22,237 nt of DNA, taken from positions 1-22,237 of the forward strand of contig CAYPLO010000018.1 of NCBI GenBank assembly GCA_964411615.1, given 5' to 3'. The notes beneath the pieces were generated by a model, which was given only the letters and a program-made list of their open reading frames with translations, searched no databases and was not told where the DNA came from. How positions within the stretch are numbered: the stretch's first letter is position 1; the number at the start of each line of letters is the position of its first letter. Shown here piece after piece: positions 17,689 through 22,237 of the stretch. The translations under genes and the position numbers were made by a program. This DNA comes from an uncultured Aquificales bacterium (GTDB lineage Bacteria; Thermosulfidibacterota; Thermosulfidibacteria; Thermosulfidibacterales; Thermosulfidibacteraceae).

Positions 17689-18593
17689 CTCTGTCCCCCT
17701 TCGGCCAGCATCGCCTCAAGCCTCACCACCGATGGCGGAAGCCCCCTCAGGGTCATGGCGTCCCTCAAGCGCCTCTCCATGCCGTAATCCTCCATGTATC
17801 CGTAGCCACCGAACACCTGCAAACAGTCCGAAACGGCCTCCAGAAGAAGCTGCCTGGAGGTGTTCCACAGCCCCCAAAGGGAAGGGAGGCTCGTCTTTGG
17901 AAACTCCACAGCGGCACACCTGAGTCCCAGCTCAACGGTGGATACCCTGCAATGGGCCCCTCCCAGAAGCCTCTTCACCGCACCGTACTCCTTTATGGGC
18001 CTTCCCCCCTGCAACCTCTGGGAGGCGTAGGTGACGGCATCCCTCAGTGCCCCCTTAGCATTCCCCAGGGCCACAGCCGTAAGCCCGAGAAGATGGGCGG
18101 CAAGCATAACCTTTCCGTCCCCCAAAGCCTGTATCTCTCCACCCTCAAGCCTGTAGAGGGAGACCAGAGCCAGACCCGTTCGGGGGACGAGCTCACAAAG
18201 GGACGGGGCCTTGTGCATCGTAAGGGCCTCCCCCAGGGCCACCACGTAATGGGGCCTATCCACCGCAAGGACAACCCCCTCCATGCAGACGGCGCACTCA
18301 TCGGGGGGAGCCTCCCTTAACAAAGAGAGTATCCCCTTAGCGTGCAGACACAGGGCAAAGCCCGCATGCTCTATGGCAAACTCCTCCAGCATGAGAACAC
18401 TGCCCAGGGCACCCTCCTCAAGGGAGTTGCGGCCCCAGATGCCGAGCTCATCATGGGCAAACCCCAGGCCCAGGGCCTCATCCAGAGCCTTCCTGAGCTC
18501 ATCCAGACAGCCGTCTCCCCCGCAGGCCCTAACAAGGGGTGCCACCCTCTCTGAGGCGAATCTTCTGGCGAGCTCCCTGAACTCCTCCATCAT
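17685..18593 (-). CDS. Short, divergent acyl-CoA dehydrogenase family protein (putative partner subunit)
   Basis: N-terminal EFRELARRFASERVAP helix, C-terminal YASQRLQGGRPI and QVFGGYGYMEDYGMERRLRDA. Lacks TEPxxGSD, KxF(I/T)xNG and YEG; 302 aa. Confidence 0.82.
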   Translation of the reverse strand: MMEEFRELARRFASERVAPLVRACGGDGCLDELRKALDEALGLGFAHDELGIWGRNSLEEGALGSVLMLEEFAIEHAGFALCLHAKGILSLLREAPPDECAVCMEGVVLAVDRPHYVVALGEALTMHKAPSLCELVPRTGLALVSLYRLEGGEIQALGDGKVMLAAHLLGLTAVALGNAKGALRDAVTYASQRLQGGRPIKEYGAVKRLLGGAHCRVSTVELGLRCAAVEFPKTSLPSLWGLWNTSRQLLLEAVSDCLQVFGGYGYMEDYGMERRLRDAMTLRGLPPSVVRLEAMLAEGGQR

Positions 18594-19417
18594 CAGGACT
18601 CCCTGTACCTGACGGTGAGTCTACCCTCCCTGTCCTCCCCCTGGTACCTGTAGATGTCCGATACGCCCCTTGCCACCACCTCACCGGCGGGAAGAACGGC
18701 GGGCCTGTAGAGGTAGACCCTAGAGGCGAAGGGCCTTGAGGAGAGTCCAAGCTTCGCAATGGACTCTGCAACGGGATGCTCCCCCAGCTCAACAAAGCCG
18801 TCGGGGAAGATGTCCGTCATGTACACCGCCCTCTGCGGGATAACCGTCTTTACCAGGTTGCCATCCTTCACGGAGTAGGTGACGAGGGGCCTGTTATCCC
18901 TTCTCAGGATACCGCCCCTTCTCACCTCGACCCTCAGTATCAATCTCTCCCCCTCCCTCAGCTCGCACTTAAGCCTTTCGGGAGTGACCAGAAAGTCCAT
19001 ATCCGCAACAAACTTGGGATAACCCCACACGGACCTTCCCGCATCTCTTGCCATCTGAGTGGTCACGGGAAGCTGGAGGACCATCATGCCAAACCCCTTA
19101 CAGTTCGCCTCCCTGAGGAGGGGCAAAAGGGGAAGTGGCCTTCTGCCATACACAACGGGAACCGCCACCGCCAGCTCACCGTAGGGTCCTATGGTGGTCT
19201 CCACGTAGTTGAAGGCGGCAACCGCAACCACCCCTCTCCCCCTGCCCACGGTGACGGGGTGCATCTCGGGAGAGGGTAGCGCATCCCTAAGTCTTTGCTC
19301 ATCTGCGGTGAAGAAGAGGACAAAGGAGTCCTCCCTGAAGTAGAGTATGGGAAGCTCAAACTCCCCCGCATCAACCTCCACCCTCTCAAAGATGAGCCTT
19401 GAGAACAGTCCCTCCAT
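18593..19417 (-). CDS. Acetoacetate decarboxylase (ADC) superfamily protein
   Basis: GPYGELAVAVPV, LPVTT, and AGRSVWGYPKF, matching the ADC Schiff-base lysine motif GRExWGxPK. ATG 19417 follows GGAGG by 5 nt; alternative GTG 19423. Confidence 0.8.
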   Translation of the reverse strand: MEGLFSRLIFERVEVDAGEFELPILYFREDSFVLFFTADEQRLRDALPSPEMHPVTVGRGRGVVAVAAFNYVETTIGPYGELAVAVPVVYGRRPLPLLPLLREANCKGFGMMVLQLPVTTQMARDAGRSVWGYPKFVADMDFLVTPERLKCELREGERLILRVEVRRGGILRRDNRPLVTYSVKDGNLVKTVIPQRAVYMTDIFPDGFVELGEHPVAESIAKLGLSSRPFASRVYLYRPAVLPAGEVVARGVSDIYRYQGEDREGRLTVRYRES

Positions 19418-19419
19418 CT

Positions 19420-22044
19420 TCACCTCCCATCGGCGGCACAGCCCAGGGCCTCCACCTCCCTCTTCAACAGCTCAAGCTCCTCCTCCCTGGTCCTCACCTG
19501 CCCCCTTATCTTCGCCTCAAGGACCCTGTTGAGGAGCCTTCCGAAGATGGGCCCTGGGGTGAGCCCAAGCTCAATAAGGTCCCTCCCTCCCACCTCTATC
19601 TTCAGGTCCATCCACTCCATGAGATACCTGCCTATCTTGCGCTGGACATCCTCAGGGGCGCAGGCCATGAAGAAGACCACCACCTCCAGAGGATAGGGAT
19701 TGAGAAGCCTGTATATCTCCACAGGGTCCTGAGTTTTGCCCAGCTCCCATAGAACCCTTCCCACATCTCCAATACCTGTCTTAAGCGTCTCCCTGGTCTC
19801 CTTTGATACACCGAACCAACGGGCCAGGGCGTCCACATTCTCCACCGAAAGGCCCCTGAACAGCACCATCATGTTGACAAGCCACCTTTCGGGCTGTCTC
19901 CTCTTGAAGAGGAGCTCGTACCAGTTGAGGACCTCCTGGGCCCTGCCGAAGAGCTCCTCAAGCTCCTCGTCCACCTTAAGCTCCGGATGGACGAACCTGA
20001 GGATGCCCAGCTCCTCCATCCGTCTGACCATAAGAAAGGCGTTCTTCTCATCCAGCATGTGCTTCAGCTCGTTGAAGACCCGCTTACCGGAGAGCCTCTC
20101 AAAGATGCCGTCCCTCACCGCCAGCTTTATGAGCCTCTCCGTCTGGGGCCCTATCCTGAAGCCGTACCTCTGCTCAAAGCGGATGGCCCTGAAGGCCCTT
20201 GTGGGGTCCTCCACGAAGCTCAGGTTGTGAATCACCCTTATCACCTTCTCCTTCAGGTCCCTCAGCCCGCCGTAGTAGTCTATCAGGGTGTAGGCGTCAG
20301 GACCGGTAACCTTTATGGCCATGGCGTTTATGGTGAAGTCCCTCCTGTAGAGGTCCCTCTTGATGGAGCCCCTGGCCACACTGGGAAGGGCCGCCGGCTC
20401 ACTGTAGTACTCAAAGCGGGCGGTGGCCACATCCACCCTGGTATCGTCGGGAAGCACAACAACGGCGGTCTCAAACTTCTTGTGGATGCTGGCCCTGCCC
20501 CCCAGCCTCTCGGCGAACCTCAGGGCGAAGGCGGGACCGTCCCCCTCAACCACAAAGTCAAGGTCGTAGTTCTCCACCCTTAGCAGCAGGTCCCTAACGA
20601 AGCCACCCACAAGATAGACGTTGTATCCCAGCTCCTCCCCCACCTCCTTAGCGGTCTCAATCAGCTCCATCACCTTCGGAGGGATTCTATCCCTCATGAG
20701 GGACTTCAGGCTCTTCCTGAAGAGGTGCTCACCCCTAGTGAGGGTGGACTTCAGCATATCCTCGTAGAGGGCCTTGAAGAGCTCACCCCTGGTGACAACC
20801 CCCACAATCCTCCCCTCACGGTCCACAACGGGAACCATCCTCTGGTACCTCTCCAGCATGAGCCTCTCAATCTCCTTCAGAGGCGTATCCAGCCCCACAG
20901 TGGCAAACTCTGTGCTCATGTAGTCCCCAACCCTCTCGTGCCCGAGGCCGTGGTAGAGGGCCCTCTCTATCACCTGCCTGGTGATGATGCCCACCACCTT
21001 CCCACCCTCAACCACAGGCACCGAGTTTATGTTGTACCTAACCACAACCTCCTCCGCCTCCCTAAGGGTCAGCCCAGGGGTGACGGTTATGGGAGGGGTG
21101 GTCATCACGTTCTTAGCCGTCCTTGTCCTCTCAAGCTCTCTCTTGAGTTGCTCCAGAAGCCTCTCCTTCACCTGGGGCAGTGTGGCATCCTTAACGGTGG
21201 CGCTTGCCGCCGTTGCGTGCCCCCCACCTCCCCAGTCGCTCATGATGTTGCCCACGTGGACCGCATCGGTCCTGCTCCTGGCGATGATGGTCACCTTGTT
21301 GTCCATGAGGGCGAGAACGAAGAGGACGCTCATTCCCTCCATATCCCTCAGTTTATGGGCCAGAACAGCCAGGTCCCCCACGTATCTATCCCTGGAGATG
21401 GCGGTTATCCCTATATCAACCCCTGCTATCCTGAGCCTCTCAAGGTTCTTTATCATCTCGTTGAGGACCTCAACCTGCTCAGGGGTCATCTCCCTCTTCA
21501 GATAGTCCGCCACCAGGTTCAGATTGGCCCCAAGGCCCAGAAGGTAAGCCGCCGCCTCCATATCCCTGGGGGTTGTGGAGGAGAAGGTGAAGGAGCCCGT
21601 ATCCTCGTGAATCCCCAAAAGGAAGATGGTGGCCTCCTGGGAGGAGATGGGTATCCCCTTCTTCCTCAGTATCTCCACAAGGATGGTGGTGCAGGCCCCC
21701 GTCTCCTCTATAACCTCAACGGCCCCCGATATATCCTTCCCGTGGGCTGGATGATGGTCGTATATGTGGACCTCGGGCCTTGAGGCCTCAAGGATTCTCC
21801 CCACCAGCCGGTTCCGGTCCCTCCTTTTAAAATCCACAAGCACGAGAAGCTCAACCTTTGAGGGGTCCACATCCCCCGGCTTAATGAAGGCCTCCTCAAG
21901 CTCAGCCTCCTTCACAAGCTCCCTAACGTTCTTCTCCATGGAGTGGGGAAGGACCATGAGGGCATCGGGGTACAGCCTCTTGGCGGCAATCATGGAGGCA
22001 AGGGCGTCCATGTCGGCGGTATCATGACACAGTATCAGCTTCAT
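19420..22044 (-). CDS. cca: tRNA nucleotidyltransferase (CCA- or A-adding) with N-terminal DHH/DHHA1 and tandem CBS domains
   Basis: HDTADMDA, YDHH, GIHEDTG, GGGGHATAASA (DHH/DHHA1); two CBS repeats (VMTTPPITV..., YMSTEFATV...); class II NTase VGGFVRDLLL, DLDFVV, DLYRRDFTINAMA, SFVEDPTRAFRAIRF. Confidence 0.92.
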   Translation of the reverse strand: MKLILCHDTADMDALASMIAAKRLYPDALMVLPHSMEKNVRELVKEAELEEAFIKPGDVDPSKVELLVLVDFKRRDRNRLVGRILEASRPEVHIYDHHPAHGKDISGAVEVIEETGACTTILVEILRKKGIPISSQEATIFLLGIHEDTGSFTFSSTTPRDMEAAAYLLGLGANLNLVADYLKREMTPEQVEVLNEMIKNLERLRIAGVDIGITAISRDRYVGDLAVLAHKLRDMEGMSVLFVLALMDNKVTIIARSRTDAVHVGNIMSDWGGGGHATAASATVKDATLPQVKERLLEQLKRELERTRTAKNVMTTPPITVTPGLTLREAEEVVVRYNINSVPVVEGGKVVGIITRQVIERALYHGLGHERVGDYMSTEFATVGLDTPLKEIERLMLERYQRMVPVVDREGRIVGVVTRGELFKALYEDMLKSTLTRGEHLFRKSLKSLMRDRIPPKVMELIETAKEVGEELGYNVYLVGGFVRDLLLRVENYDLDFVVEGDGPAFALRFAERLGGRASIHKKFETAVVVLPDDTRVDVATARFEYYSEPAALPSVARGSIKRDLYRRDFTINAMAIKVTGPDAYTLIDYYGGLRDLKEKVIRVIHNLSFVEDPTRAFRAIRFEQRYGFRIGPQTERLIKLAVRDGIFERLSGKRVFNELKHMLDEKNAFLMVRRMEELGILRFVHPELKVDEELEELFGRAQEVLNWYELLFKRRQPERWLVNMMVLFRGLSVENVDALARWFGVSKETRETLKTGIGDVGRVLWELGKTQDPVEIYRLLNPYPLEVVVFFMACAPEDVQRKIGRYLMEWMDLKIEVGGRDLIELGLTPGPIFGRLLNRVLEAKIRGQVRTREEELELLKREVEALGCAADGR

Positions 22045-22237
22045 CCATCGCCACCAGTTCCCTTATAAGCTCCTCCTCAGTAAAGGGCTTCACAAGCACA
22101 CGGCACCCGGAGTCTTTAAGGAACATCCCCTCGTCAACACCGGGAGGAATAGAGGTGAGAAGGAGCATCCTCCCCCTGAAGAAGGGACTGACACTGAGCA
22201 CCTTCTCAACGGTCCCAACAATCCCCTCACCCTCTAC
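22022..22237 (-). CDS. 3' end of a protein with a probable receiver (REC) domain (partial)
   Basis: My translation from the right edge: ...RMLLLTSIPPGVDEGMFLKDSGCRVLVKPFTEEELIRELVAMDEADTVS-stop. The beta4 Thr and LxKPF..EL match a REC C-terminus. Overlaps the cca start by 23 nt. Confidence 0.6.
   Translation of the reverse strand, partial: VEGEGIVGTVEKVLSVSPFFRGRMLLLTSIPPGVDEGMFLKDSGCRVLVKPFTEEELIRELVAMDEADTVS

Noticed and set aside
17685..18593. Short ACAD as a pseudogene
   Set aside because: The frame is open, both ends are tightly coupled to neighbours, and the retained motifs are exactly those missing from the partner, which fits specialisation better than decay. Not formally excluded.
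1..22237. tRNA/rRNA, riboswitch (cobalamin, c-di-AMP), CRISPR array, IS or prophage
   Set aside because: No intergenic gap exceeds about 26 nt, and I saw no periodic repeats or transposase/integrase ORFs by eye. A covariance-model scan was not run.

Overview
The window is gene-dense bacterial chromosome from a diderm (it carries waaA). Heavy AGG/ATA codon use and E/K/R-rich proteins suggest a thermophile (inference). After the 3' end of a + strand membrane-protein gene (1-107), everything is one minus-strand run of 19 complete genes plus one partial, with no intergenic gap above about 26 nt. Transcription order: partial receiver-domain protein, DHH-CBS-tRNA nucleotidyltransferase, acetoacetate-decarboxylase-family protein, two acyl-CoA dehydrogenase (ACAD) homologues, transaldolase, rsmA, three-subunit acyl-CoA (probably propionyl-CoA) carboxylase, methylmalonyl-CoA mutase large subunit, rqcH, methylmalonyl-CoA epimerase, waaA, small HAD phosphatase, ftsH, folP, cdaA, nadK, and a ferritin-like/formate-nitrite-transporter fusion. 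I saw no RNA genes, mobile elements or CRISPR arrays. Most notable: (1) a protein fusing an intact di-iron four-helix bundle (E-x6-Y-x22-E-x2-H twice) to a YfdC-type FNT anion channel; (2) two coupled ACAD genes that each keep the complementary half of the FAD/active-site motifs, predicting an obligate heteromer, behind an ADC-family Schiff-base enzyme; (3) AT-rich promoter/operator-like elements inside the coding sequences of rsmA and rqcH, upstream of propionyl-CoA pathway genes. All calls rest on manual motif reading; no searches were run.
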